Source: Eledone cirrhosa (Eukaryota). From it: DNA of 64,000 nucleotides. A program made the position numbers and the translations under genes. Positions 28,130 to 40,812 of this stretch are shown here, piece by piece (position 1 is the first letter of the stretch; each line of letters begins with the position of its first letter). The notes below the pieces were generated by a model. That model searched no databases, was not told where the DNA came from, and was given only the letters and a program-made list of their open reading frames with translations. The stretch is from NCBI GenBank assembly GCA_964016885.1, contig OZ024743.1:18848001-18912000 (forward strand), written 5' to 3'.

Positions 28130-28483
28130 TATATAATATCATCTTTTTTTAATGTTCATGGAATACGTTACTGATTACATAAAACAGTGTAACACAGTCT
28201 TCGTTCAATTTCTGTGTATATTGTCAATTACGATTTTATTTGATCATATCTACATGCATATATACATGCGTATAATCACAATATACACATTACACATGCT
28301 AGAGGTTATATAATATCGTCTTTTTTTAATGCATCATGTATTACTTTACTGATTACAGAAGACAGTATAAGACAGTCTTTGTTCAATGTTGTGTATATCG
28401 TCAATTACGTTTTTATTTGATGTATCATATCTACATGCATATATACTTGTGTATAATATCAATATACACACTATACTTGCTGG
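28130..28483. repeat. Diverged ~177-bp tandem duplication
   Basis: 28130-28302 aligns with 28307-28483. Confidence 0.85.
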
Positions 28484-28568
28484 CAGAAAACCACCCGAAG
28501 AGTGATTTTTCTGTTACTAATAATAATTAAGCAGAAATTATTTGCTTAAACTTTAATATGCTATTTTA

Positions 28569-28595
<27 letters not shown>

Positions 28596-28599
<4 letters not shown>

Positions 28600-28704
28600 C
28601 TGATTAGTTGGTCAGAGGTAAATAATGTAATGGAGATCGAGTGACGCTACTTCGAGCGATTAGCGACTTCTAGACTCACCTAATCAATGAAACAATTGTC
28701 AATA
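28596..28704 (+). ncRNA. Type-I hammerhead, long stem II, G8U mutation (probably inactive)
   Basis: tatt CTGATTA gttggt..82 nt..atcaat GAAAC aatt GTC aata. Confidence 0.6.
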
Positions 28705-29144
28705 CCTGAAATAAAGCCCCTTGTTGTCAACCAGCCATGTTACTTTTCATTCTTTCACTATTATTACTTGAAGTATAACCTACATAGGAATTACCGCGAA
28801 TCGCTGCCTCACTACAGATACATCTTCTTGAGTTAAACCAAACCGTACGTTAAAACTGTTCAGGACACAGAGTAATCACAACCTCTAACTGGATTACCTA
28901 TAACGATAACTTGTTACTCCATATATATATATATATATATATACTTTGCTTTGGGACAGTTTCGAAGATCTCTGTAAATTGGAGTGTTGCCTCAACACCC
29001 AATAGCCGACGAGCTAGACTACATTAATGTTTCTCATCTTTCTATATATCTAGTTCCATGTGAGAATAAATATATATATATATATATATATATAGTATAA
29101 AAGAAAAAACACAGGTAAGCATTAAGAGAAGGATTTTATCCAGG

Positions 29145-29246
29145 TATTTACGACCGTTTCATTGGTAAGTGCAACCTTATATTGCTATACTGCAAATAGC
29201 AGCCACTCAATTATAATTGTTGTTCACAGTCCAAATTTTCAAAATA
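29145..29246 (-). ncRNA. Type-I hammerhead, U3-A8 core, long stem II, in a PLE 3' region
   Basis: Minus strand tatt TTGAAAA tttgg..75 nt..ccaat GAAAC ggtc GTA aata; about 540 nt downstream of the GIY-YIG stop at 29784. Confidence 0.6.
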
Positions 29247-29558
29247 GTAAGTTACTCTTGAAATAATTCTTAATATATAGAGAAAAATATTTATTTGGAA
29301 TTGTATTTACTAGTATAGAGAGAGAGGAATCAGGAGGTGGGGGGACAGACGGCATAGTATAGAGAGAGAGGAAGGGGGAAGAGGTAGGAAGTAGAATGAC
29401 AAACTGAGATGGAGTGAGGGGTAGAGGTGGAAGGATTCTTTGGTCAGTTTTGATAGCAGACATCATGTCGTGGAGTGTAGTGAGTTAAAGAGAATTAAAT
29501 AGATAATAGTGGGAGGGATGGATAGAGAGGGAGAGAGAGAGAGGGGGGATATAAAGAG

Positions 29559-29589
<31 letters not shown>

Positions 29590-29783
29590 CAAAATAAAAA
29601 TAAAGATAATAATGACAAAAATAAAAGCAAAGAAGGGGGAAGGAAGGAAGAAAACGAAGAAATAGAAGAGGAATGAGGGAGAAGAGGGGGATATATGTAT
29701 TGGTTTTGTGGGTAATTAAAGGGTTTAGATATAAGAGGGTATAAAGTCTTAGTATATGCAGTTTGTCAGTTGTTAGTAAGAGG

Positions 29784-30410
29784 TTAAGGGTTCGATCTGT
29801 AGTGCGAAAACTTCTCTTTGAGTCTATGGTTACAATAAATTAATCTCGCGATTTTATTGTTGAGTAACCTATTCTTCGAACTTAAGATGTGGAACAGCTC
29901 AAGGTCGCATAATCGACAGCTTCTCATACCACTCCGATATGGGGGCGCGTTTGATAATTTGTTTCCACTTCAGGGTGTATTGATGGTTACTTTCCCTCTG
30001 TTGCCAGGTCTTGTTTGCAAGGGTAGTTACATAACGATTCTGGGAATGTTTCATTGCGTAACGGTGTGTATACCAACGAGCTTTAAATGTATTCCCAGTC
30101 GCTCCGATGTAATACCATTTCTGGTTGTCTGATTCCACTGTGCATTGGTAAACCAGATTAGACTGCATACATTCATTTTGTAATGGACAGGTTTCAGGTA
30201 GGTGGCAGTTACATTTCTTGTTATGGGCAACTTTGGAATTATTTGTGGGCTGCGATGCCTGAACAAGTGTGTTACGTTTTGTTTGCCTATTAGCGGGTGG
30301 TTGTGTATTAAATATTCTGTTGTGTTCGGTGGTTATTGTTGTAAATGTGTTATTGTTGTAAACTTGTGTTTTGGTGTTGTTATGTATCTTTTTAGCGTTC
30401 AGTATCTTAA
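29784..30410 (-). pseudogene. Penelope-like element linker plus GIY-YIG endonuclease (inverted 3' part, frameshifted)
   Basis: CNCHLPETCPLQNECMQSNLVYQC..YYIGATGNTFKARW..H, then CRLCDLE..NN..CNHR. Confidence 0.9.
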
Positions 30411-31942
30411 CGGACAAAACATCAAATGTGTATACGATGGATGTTAATACATACAATAGCTTCATACGGAGGGAATTACATAGGAAATACAAAAAAAATA
30501 ATGAGGCGGCACTGATAAACATCAACAACGAGGCACACAATATAGTCAAACACCTAGGAATAGACGACAGAACGGAGCCACTTAAGCCATGTACCCCCAC
30601 AATTAACCTCAAAGACCACAAGGTAAATTTTGATTATAACCCCACTATTAGACTTATATGTCCATCCAAATCGGACATCGGGAAAATTAGTAAACATATA
30701 TTAGACAGAGTGATAGCACAAATGAAGAATAAACTAGTGATTAAACTATGGGGTAACGCTACCGAAACAATTAAGTGGTTTAACAATATAGCTATAAAGA
30801 ATTATCTAAATTTATACAATTTGACATTAACGATTATTACTCATCTATATCCCCCAACACCTTGGATAAAGCCTTAGCATTCGCCAAAGCCAATTCTGAC
30901 ATAACAGACGACGAGATAAAAATCATATTAGCTGCTAGGAAAACAATAATTAAATTTGAAAATGCCTATTGGGAACGTAAGGATAGATTACATAACTTAG
31001 ACATCACGATGGGGGCTAACGACTCGGCTCAATCACAGACTTAGTAGGTATTTACAGAGCCCATAGTTTACAAAGCGAGTTTAGCGACCTTCACGGTGGA
31101 ATCTAAAGAGACGACGCCCTTCCCCTAGTTAAGAACCTAAATAACCAGAGCATAGAAAGACTCCATAAGAATATTAGAAAGACTCTCAGGAAACTAGGCC
31201 TTAGCATAACGTATGAGTATAGCACTAAAACAGTTAACTTTCTAGATGTGACGCTTAACCTAAATACGGGACTTTGAAGACCTTTTCACAAGATTAATGA
31301 AAACTTAGCATACATCAACTGTAACTCAAACCACCCACTATCAATAATTAAATCCATTCCACGCAGCATATTCCTTAGGATCTCCCGCCTCTCATCTAAC
31401 CGACAAATCTTCGAAGAACATGCAGAATACTACAATACCGCATTAGACAAGGCAGGCCACTTATATAGAGTATAATATATAGATGAAAGCCTCCGTGAAG
31501 CGCACACGAACACGCATAACACAAACTCCAGAAACACACGCATACACACATTTACGCATAGAACTGCAAAGTATACAGCAAATTGAAATACAACATCGAA
31601 ATCAAACGAGTCACGCAGTAGAAAATATATTTGGTATAACCCCATATTTAACACCTCTATTAGTACTAACCTACCCTCTACTTTCTTTAGAATAATAAAT
31701 AGGCACTTTCCAGATTCACATAGATACAGCAAAATCCTTAACACTAAATCTATTAGACTATCCTACTCCACGGCACCAAATATAGAGGCACACATTAAGA
31801 GGCTTAACGCTAAAAAGATACATAACAACACCAAAACACAAATTTACAACAATAACCACCGAACACAACAGAAGGCAAAAAAAACGTAACACACTTGTTC
31901 AGGCATCGCAGCCCACAAATAATGCCAAAGTTGCCCATCACA
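30411..31942 (+). pseudogene. Penelope-like reverse transcriptase, 5'-truncated, with stops and frameshifts
   Basis: RLICPSKSDIGKISK, FIQFDINDYY, DITMGANDSA, GGI*RDD, VNFLDVTL and WYNP; clear homologue of the 58281-60040 ORF. Confidence 0.9.
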
Positions 31943-32494
31943 TTTTTGTTCAACACTGACACAGCATATGTATATGTGTGCATGTATATATATATATATA
32001 TATATACTACTGTATGTCTGTATACATATATGTATGTACGTATACATACATACATACCTTCATTTAAGTAAGAGCCGTACTAAGAGTGAGAAAAGAAATT
32101 TCGTTTCATTCTATTCCATTTATCGTTTTCGGTGTGCCCGGCCGACTGAACTCACTCGATATGCAAATTAGGCGGATCAGCCGTTAATATGCATAACGAA
32201 AGTATATACTTTTTGACGTTCAACCATCTGGCAGGAAGGTATACGATGCTGACGATAGCTAATAAGCTTGAAACTAGTACATCGTTCCTGTGTCAGTGTT
32301 AAACAAAAAGGTGACGTTGCCTAAACACTGTACGGCGTAATTTGGGCTGTTTGTTTGTTTACAAACAAACAAACCGAACATTATAATAAATGTCCGGTAA
32401 ACCGATACGTGCATATATATATATATGTGTGCATGTATGTATATATATTTTCATACTTCTGTACGTCTGTATACATATATGTATGTACGTATAC

Positions 32495-32495
<1 letters not shown>
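31943..32495 (+). mobile_element. Retrozyme-like element, family B (~425-bp unit) with short inverted 5' piece
   Basis: Near-identical to 39990-40630; upstream fragment at 442-492; carries the octamer and an HHR. Confidence 0.8.
32243..32285 (+). ncRNA. Minimal type-I hammerhead (family B); predicted cleavage after 32279
   Basis: acgatg CTGACGA tagc-taataa-gctt GAAAC ta GTA catcgt; stem I can extend via gga/tcc and ctggca/tgtcag. Confidence 0.85.
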
Positions 32496-32556
<61 letters not shown>

Positions 32557-32602
32557 AAATAAAATAAATAAGTCAAATGTCTAAAATGTGGCTTCGTTTA
32601 TT

Positions 32603-32657
32603 ACTGCTATATGTATTTCGGTGACAGCCATCTTTGGCTGTGACCTCTTCAGGCTGT
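32603..32657 (-). ncRNA. Type-I hammerhead with AUA cleavage triplet
   Basis: Minus strand acagc CTGAAGA ggtcacagcca-aaga-tggctgtcacc GAAAT acat ATA gcagt. Confidence 0.7.
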
Positions 32658-32664
32658 CCGAATT

Positions 32665-32827
32665 AGTGCGGTAGAGACGAGTACACATGTTGTTGAGGTG
32701 TATAACTTTGTCTATACTCTGATATGCCCAGCTCCTGGTTGGGTTGTTATTTCACTGAGGATCTGGAATCATATGAATTGAAACAAATACATTTCAGCGT
32801 CAAACATATACTCAACATATACTCACA

Positions 32828-32920
<93 letters not shown>

Positions 32921-33917
32921 TCCCGTTGATAACGCGCACTCCTACTTCAGTCAGGATACGAGAAACTTAACATCCTTTATGTAAGTGGACAGTAAATGAC
33001 TTATGGAGACGCAGAGACCCCAACACTGGACTTTACCATCATTCCAGGGGTCCTGGTGAGTAGAAAACATTTATGCTTTCATATATTTTTATATATGTAT
33101 ATCTGTTTGACCCGAAATAGGAGATCGTATCTTCGCTGTGTGGATAATTAGTTTAACCACCATCTCAGTGTGTGTGGCCTTTAACGTAAGTTGTAAGCTC
33201 TAATTCTTTTGAATTATTGAGAGCTTGCCTCACAATTCGAAAGTGCTTTTTCGCTATTTCATGGGCTGAAATTCGATTCTCGCTAATTTTTACTTGTATT
33301 AATTTCCAGAGTCTAGCTATTGGCCAGTTAATTTTATTGACTGGTTTTGGTCTGTTCTATTGACTGCCGAATAGCTTTGTTACATTTAACCACTCTGTCG
33401 AGAGCTTCATTCGATTTGTGATATTTTGCATTTTCGCAATATTATACACAGATGAATTCATTCGCCTAATTTAGGTGTTGCCTCCCTTGCTGAACCCCAC
33501 GTGGGGTCAGTTACAGACACATCTATGTGGTCTTTAGAACTGAATCCCTTTGATAACGCGTGCTCCTAGTTCAGTCAGGATACGAGAAACTTAACATCCT
33601 TTATGTAAGTGGACAGTAAATGAGTTATGGATCCGCAGAAACCCTAACACTGGATTTTACCATCATTCCAGGGGTCCGGTGAGTAAAAAACATTTATGCT
33701 TTCATATATTTTTATATCTCTATATCTGTTTGACCCGAAATAGCAGATCGAATCTTCGCTGTGTGGATAATTAGTTTAACCAACATCTCAGTGTGTGTGG
33801 CCTTTAACGTAAGTTGTAAGCTCTAATTCCTTTGAATTATTGAGAGCTTTCCTCACAATTCGAAAGTGTTTTTTCGCTATTTCATAGGCTGAAATTCGAT
33901 TCTCGCTAATTTTTACT

Positions 33918-33954
<37 letters not shown>

Positions 33955-34126
33955 TTTGTGTATATGTTGAGTATATTTTGAGTATATGTTTGACGCTGAA
34001 ATTCATTTGTTTGAATTCATATGATTCCAGTTCCTCAGTGAAATAACAACTCAACCAGGAACTGGGCATATCAGAGTATTGACAAAGTTATACACCTCAA
34101 CAACATGTGTACTCGTCTCTACCACA

Positions 34127-34128
<2 letters not shown>
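32665..34128. repeat. Nested repeat: inverted arms 32665-32830 and 33955-34128 enclosing a 624-bp-period partial tandem (32917-33300 and 33541-33921)
   Basis: Direct and inverted matches are visible; modules are separated by (TA)n. Confidence 0.85.
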
Positions 34129-34207
<79 letters not shown>

Positions 34208-35514
34208 GCATGTCTGTGAAAGTGTTTGCGTGAGTAGCAAAATTATTACAACTGTAAGAAATGCGGCTCTGATATTTCAGACATTCAACCTTCTGAAACG
34301 AAATAACACGCGAGATTTCTAAACGCAACTTTCTTTCGTTTTGCTGCTGGTGGTCCGTATAACAAACACCTTACTCCTTACACATATTTCAGTCAACACA
34401 TCATGCTGTTGATAACATTAATACGTTAGTGGCCCTCCAGCAGCATAAGGAGGTTTTCAACACAAAGAACAACCTTCAAACCGATAGTACAGATTTATAT
34501 TTCATGTGTTCAACAATATGGAAACAAAGTATAATATACACACACAAGAAGAATTCGAACAGAATTTTGACAATGAATTATTAACTGCTTGGATAATTAA
34601 TCATTATTTTTAATGTTTTTTACCGTTTGCTTGTTCATCTCATGATTTTACTTTTTTGTAAAGATTTTCTTCGAGATTTTCTTCACAATTTTTGATATAT
34701 TCAAAATTCTTTTCTCAGTTTTAAACATTCTCACTCAAATGTTCATATACTGTTTAAGATGTTTACTCACACATGCAAAGAGAGCATGGTTTTCAAGATT
34801 TTACACGCACAGAAATGGCAATAGCAATTGTATTTGATTGATTTATCAGGGATTTCACGAGATATTATTCTCTCTTCTCTCAACCATCAACTAGCATCGA
34901 AGTACGGAATAGCTGCTGATTCACACCTCCATCTACGCCTATGTGGACACACAATACTATACATATTATAGATATTGTTAATGGTGTATTACAGTATACT
35001 GCTACATTTTAACTTCAAAATAGTTTCAATGTTCACACATGCACATTGGCTATAAAAACTGCGTTGAGGAAATGCCACGCTCCGTGTGTCTTCAGGAAGC
35101 GAAGATCTCCAGCATCTTATTTCAAATTATGCAATAGAAGCGCACTATTTCGCTACCACTTCTTTTTTTGTTTTCATATTTTCTCTTCAATGTGGTCAGG
35201 CAAGAAATATAACGAAATAATAACAATGCGAGTTGGAAACATATATAGCTCTGGGGTGATCAGAGGAAATAGCTATGATGAAATAGTGGTGGGAGGGTAT
35301 GGGCGCTATTTCGTTTCTCTCTTCTTACTCTAGCATCACCTCAATTCCATGGTGCTCTTTGTGATTATACAAATCACTGGGATTCTGACCCTACGCGATA
35401 TTACACACAGTCAGAGGAAACCATTTCACAAACCAGGATAGTGAAGTCATATCTCAGCTTTTAAGCATGTAAATAAAACCCGTTTTGAAAATCTATTTTT
35501 CTTACAATCCATGT

Positions 35515-35591
<77 letters not shown>

Positions 35592-35949
35592 CTGACAGAC
35601 GTATGTATGTAACACAATGTTCGTCAAACAGCTGAACCAAATAGTACCAAATTTGAACCATACATGTAACTGTTTTCCGAGTAAGAAAGTGAGGGTATTT
35701 TATCTACTAAATATTGTTAAAAGATTAAAGATATTATTTAAATATTTGATTTCTTTAAAATTTTCAAATGTGAACACTTCCGATTATACGATTATCCTTC
35801 TTTCTTAGTCTGTCTTTTTAGATAGGTACATACCTATAACTTCGGCCCGTATAACATGTCTCTGTATGTCTGGCTGTCTGCATCTGTACATTTACTTGGC
35901 TATCTGTGTGTGTATATATGTATATATAGTCTGTGTATATATATATATA

Positions 35950-36091
<142 letters not shown>

Positions 36092-36543
36092 GAGAGGTAT
36101 AGAGATTGTATTAGCAAGAAGCTAACGGCATTCTATAACATATATGCGACTATAACGTCAAGATGGGAAAAGTAGTTAACGAAAGATTTAGGAAAGATAA
36201 CTCAAACTCATCTCAAAAGAGAATCAGGATATAAATTCATCCACAGAATTTAGTAAAATCCAGGGAAAAATCTATAGACCTTTAACTCATGATAAAATAA
36301 AGTTTGAAACACTTATCCTTCAATTTGGAATAACATCAAATGCTCTGTATAGTCTTCAAAGACTATTTCATGAAATATATATAGAATGTTTAAGTATCGA
36401 GAGAGAGAAAAAAGAAGAGATAAGCGATACATATATTTTTAGTTGCCAATAGCTTGTGCAAATGAACTCAATACTTGTGCCTACAGGGTTAAATATTAGA
36501 AGCATTAATATCTAGCGGGCGAGAATATAAGCAGAGCGGTTAC

Positions 36544-36845
36544 AAGAGAAATGAATACAAAGGATTATATACCGCTAAAACATGTTTATATAACAATTCA
36601 CCTACGTACGGTTCGCCCAAAAAGGGCTTCTCAAGGGCATAGACAACCAAAAAATGATCAGTACGTGGCCTAGCAGGGGTTTTAAGGTTAAATTTAAGGT
36701 TTTAACCTTAAAACCCCTCCTGGGTCGCGTATGATCATTGTTTAGTTTTCTATGCGCTTGAGAAGCCCTTTTTGGGCGAAACGTACGTAGGTGCATTGTT
36801 ATATAAACATGTGTTAACGGTATATACTCCTTTGTATTCATTTCT

Positions 36846-36848
<3 letters not shown>
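36544..36848. mobile_element. ~305-bp imperfect palindrome with two HHR arms
   Basis: AAGAGAAATGAATACAAAGGA...TCCTTTGTATTCATTTCTCTT, centre near 36696. Confidence 0.85.
36752..36796 (+). ncRNA. Minimal type-I hammerhead, U3-A8 core (mirror copy 36596-36640 has GAACC)
   Basis: atgcgc TTGAGAA gccc-ttttt-gggc GAAAC gtac GTA ggtgcat. Confidence 0.75.
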
Positions 36849-36875
<27 letters not shown>

Positions 36876-36878
<3 letters not shown>

Positions 36879-37055
36879 CAAAGGAATTTTGGTAAGGAAC
36901 CAGATGGACCATAACGCACCAGAGTACTCAATACTTACGGTAGTAGAGTGGGAATTAGGAAAAAGTAAGACCTCGACGGCAGAGTTCAAGCCGTTTCGAC
37001 GGCTATTTCAGGTCCAGAAAACGGCTTGAGCTCTGCCGTCGGGGTCTTACTTTTT

Positions 37056-37060
<5 letters not shown>
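36876..37060 (-). mobile_element. Hairpin-headed short element, homologue of 18664-18860
   Basis: Reverse complement aligns over the tail and hairpin arms. Confidence 0.75.
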
Positions 37061-37112
<52 letters not shown>

Positions 37113-37161
37113 CTGACAGACGTATGTATGTAACACAATATTTTTATTTTTTTTATTTTTA

Positions 37162-37469
37162 TTTTTTTAAATATATATATTTATTTGGTTCCTTTACCGG
37201 TTTCGCAGTTCTGCTTTTCAAAGTTGAGATGGAGGGTCTGTGGTTTTTCTCATAGATGTGAGAAAAACCACAGACCCTCCATCTCAACTTTGAAAAGCAG
37301 AAGAACTACGAAACCGGTAAAGGAACCAAATAAATATATACATTTAAAAAAAAAAATAATATATAAACAAATAAGACTCCAGTTGCATTTTCGATTTCAT
37401 CTCTATTTCTTTATACTTTCACTCGTGTAGGACACCTCGGTTATTTTTCAATTTGTAAAAAAAACTCAC

Positions 37470-37475
<6 letters not shown>
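37162..37475. mobile_element. Fold-back insert (palindrome 37162-37352) with two U3-A8 HHR motifs (37191-37226 minus, 37286-37324 plus)
   Basis: TTGAAAA gcag-aagaa-ct(g/a)c GAAAC cg GTA aagg; stem I is weak. Confidence 0.7.
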
Positions 37476-37528
<53 letters not shown>

Positions 37529-37563
37529 GTATATATATATATATATAATATGTATATATATAT

Positions 37564-37732
37564 ATTGAGCTCAGGCCATCGGGGTCTTACGTTTTCCTAT
37601 ATATAGTAAGACCCCGACGGCAGAGCTCAAGCCGTTTTCTGGACCTGAAATAGCCGTCGAAACGGCTTGACCTCTGCTGTCGGGGTCTTACTATATATAG
37701 GAAAAAGTAAGACCCCGACGGCAGAGCTCAAT
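37564..37732. repeat. Nested double fold-back of the hairpin element
   Basis: The whole 169 bp is a palindrome and each arm is itself an imperfect hairpin around CTATATATAG. Confidence 0.85.
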
Positions 37733-37763
37733 ATATATATATATACATCTATATATATATATG

Positions 37764-39065
37764 CAGGGTGTTCGGGATAAATTTGACAGTTTCATCAGGA
37801 AAAAGAAAAAGTGCTTGGTATCTACAAAATTTATTTGATTTAAAAGAAATTCAATGGACAAGGAAATTACACTATTGTCAAAGAGTTTTACACAAAATAA
37901 CCGCCATTAATATCTATTACAGCCTCAATCCGGGCCCAGAACCTTGAGCAAGCTGATTTTACACTTTCCCTGGGAAGGCCCTCAAAAACTACTTTAATTC
38001 TGTCGATTAACTGGGCTTTTGTAGTACCTGCACGGCGATTGGTGTCTTTCTCTACAGCGCCCCATACATAATAGTCCATCGGCTTAAGATCAGGGGAGTT
38101 CGGAAGCCAAACATTGGGACTGGTGTAGTCGTAAAAATTGGCTGACAACCATTTTTGAGTTTTCCCCGAGGTGTGGCAGGGGACCGAATCCTGCTGCCAT
38201 ACATACGGCCTATTATTGGCTACCCTTGTTATCCAGGGCTTAACTACAGTGGTTAGCAATTCCACGAAGGCATCTGAATTCAACCTGAGACCCTGTTTGA
38301 AAAATTCCGGCGGCATCACATCATCCTCGGAGGACACATCCAAAAAACATGACAGTTTGGGAAAATTTAGTCTGCATGACTCGAGGAGTGTCCTTTCGAC
38401 TGTATGCAAGTCATGTGTTATTCTGCGTGTTGTGTTTTTGATTTTGGCAAAAGTTTTTCTCATCGGAAAAGAACCAGATTGTTTGTGCTTCAGCAGGATA
38501 TTTCACTTTGCTCAGAAGTTTCTTCGCCTTTGCAGACGATTTTCGCGGGCCTTTTCTGTGAGAAGTTGACCTCTGCGACGCTTGTATGAGTAGTAGCGAA
38601 GGTTTTCATTGAGTGCAATTTTCATAGTAGAGGCTGAAACATTCAATTCACGCGACAAAGACCGAATTCCGATGCCAGGGTCCTCCAACACTTTTTTCTG
38701 CAGATTTTCGATGAATTCTGCTGTGCGAGAGCAATCAGATATTCTGTTATGTTTCTTTCTTCTAGCCACAGCCTCGTAGTCTCCATTGCAATTCTCCAGT
38801 TCATGCCGGATTGTTTTTACAGTGTTCAGGGAGCATTGAGCAGCGACCATAATCTCCTTATTTTGATGGGCGGCGCGAATCACCATGATACAAGTTATTC
38901 TCTTCCATGATTCAGGGGGCTCCCAGTCATTCATTCTCGTTGTCATCACATATATGAACGAAGGAGGGTTTAAACTTTCAAATAAAGCCTAGTGGGCATG
39001 AATGAATTTAAAACATCTGAAAAACAACCAAATATTATTCTGTCAAATTTATCCCGAACACCCTG
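37764..39065 (-). mobile_element. Full-length Tc1/mariner, DD37D (maT) family
   Basis: 26-bp TIR CAGGGTGTTCGGGATAAATTTGACAG at both ends; TA on the right, TG on the left; inserted in (TA)n. Confidence 0.93.
37888..38949 (-). pseudogene. DD37D transposase, frameshifted
   Basis: HTH-like N-terminus; WFFSDEKNF in a shifted frame near 38460; WQQDSVPCH..WLPNSPDLKPMDYYVW with 37 residues between the second and third Asp. Confidence 0.9.
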
Positions 39066-39448
39066 TATATATATATATATAGAGAGAGAGATAGATATAG
39101 TCTTAGGATCATAAATAAGAGACAGTTTAATTTGTACATTTTTTTACAGCATTCCTTTATACTTATATATACATACATGAATATGTTATTTACAGTTGTA
39201 TAAATAATAAGTATAATTGTTTCTACTTTTGGCACAAGGCCAGCAATTATTCCACCACATTACTGGTACTTTATTATATGTAATATATATAATACGACAT
39301 TCTTACTCTGTCTTTTTAGATTCAAACATATCTATAACGTCGTGCGCTTATAATATCTGTCTTGTGTCTGCCTGTCTACATTGACTTCGCTTCTAACTAA
39401 ATTAAACTTTTAATTAAATATATATCTATATAGTTATATATTCGTGTA

Positions 39449-39714
39449 CATATTTTCAACAGTAGTACTGTACTATACATTTTCAAAAGTAATAATGTAC
39501 TATATATTTTCAAGATTAATACGATACTATATTATATATTTTCAACAGTAATAATATACTATATATTTTCACGAGTGATACTATATATATAAGATACTAT
39601 ATATATATATATGTTCAACAGTATTACTATACTATATATATTTACAGTAATACTGTACTATATTCTTTGAACAGTAATACTATACTATATATTTTCAACA
39701 ATAATACTGTACTA
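39449..39714. repeat. Degenerate ~30-bp minisatellite (TATTTTCAACAGTAATA(A)TATACTATA)
   Basis: About 8-9 imperfect units. Confidence 0.8.
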
Positions 39715-39850
39715 TCTATATATGTAAAACTGAGGATGTCTGTCTGTGTGTGTGTGAGTTCGAGTCCCTGAAACTGGAGAACCACCCAACCGACTGTTTT
39801 CAAACTTTACACATGTAATACTTATGTTTCAAGGAGTGTTCTAAGGATAT
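39715..39850 (+). mobile_element. Helitron-like 5' end fragment
   Basis: A|TCTATATATGTAAAACTGAGGATGTCTGTCTGTG..CAACCGACTGTTTTCAAACTTT, a typical non-autonomous Helitron start. Confidence 0.55.
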
Positions 39851-39909
39851 GTATGTATACATATATGTCTGTATACATATATGTGTGTATACATATATGT
39901 CTGAGAATA

Positions 39910-40635
39910 TGTCTGTATACATATATGTATACAGACGTACAGTAGTATGTATATATATATATACATTCATACACACATATATACATGCTGTGTCAGTGTT
40001 GAACAAAAAGATGACGTGTAACTCGAGTTGTTTGTTTACAAACAAACAAACCAAGCATTATAATAAATGTTCGGTAAACCGATACGTGCATATATATATA
40101 TATGTGTGTGAATGTATGTATATATATACATACTACTGTACGTCTGTATAGATATATATATGTACGTATACATACATGCATACTAACATTTAAGTAAGTG
40201 CCGTACTAAGAGTGAGAAATGAAATTTCGTTTCATTCTATTCCATTTATCGTTTTCGGTGTGCCCGGCCGACCGAACTCACTCGATATGCAAATTAGGCT
40301 GCTCAGCCGTTATATGCATAAGGAAAATATATACTTTTAGACGTTCAACCATCTGGCAGGAAGGTATACGATGCTGACAATAGCTAATAAGCTTGAAACT
40401 AGTACATCGTTCCTATGTCAGTGTTGAACAAAAAGGTGACGTTGCCTAAACACTGTACGGCGTAATTCGGGCTGTTTGTTTGTTTACAAACAAACAAACC
40501 GAGCATTATAATAAATGTTCGGTAAACCGATACGTGGATATATATATATATATGTGCATGTATGTATATATATATACATACTATTGTACGTATGGATACA
40601 TAAATGTATGTACGTATACGTACATGCATACTTAA
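39910..40635 (+). mobile_element. Retrozyme-like element, family B: about 1.5 tandem units (period 425) with inverted 5' piece; HHR at 40368-40410 has G8A
   Basis: TGTCAGTGTTGAACAAAAAG at 39991 and 40416; acgatg CTGACAA tagc-taataa-gctt GAAAC ta GTA catcgt. Confidence 0.85.
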
Positions 40636-40776
40636 ATATATATATAAGTTTATCCCAATCTCCACCCTCTCCTAGCACCATAAATGATATAAACACCATA
40701 TTACTTGGACAGTCGCCTTCATGATGATTATTTCTCCCAAATGAATCAGCTCTAGTCCTGTAGAAGCCTTTTCTAT

Positions 40777-40812
<36 letters not shown>

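Noticed and set aside
29014-29053. Minus strand ctaga..GAAAC attaat GTA gtctag
   Set aside because: The 3' half and stem I look right, but there is no CUGANGA or stem II; too decayed to call.
32755-32795. CTGAGGA...GAAAC on plus
   Set aside because: No stem III or UH triplet, and the GAAA is not kept in the inverted copy.
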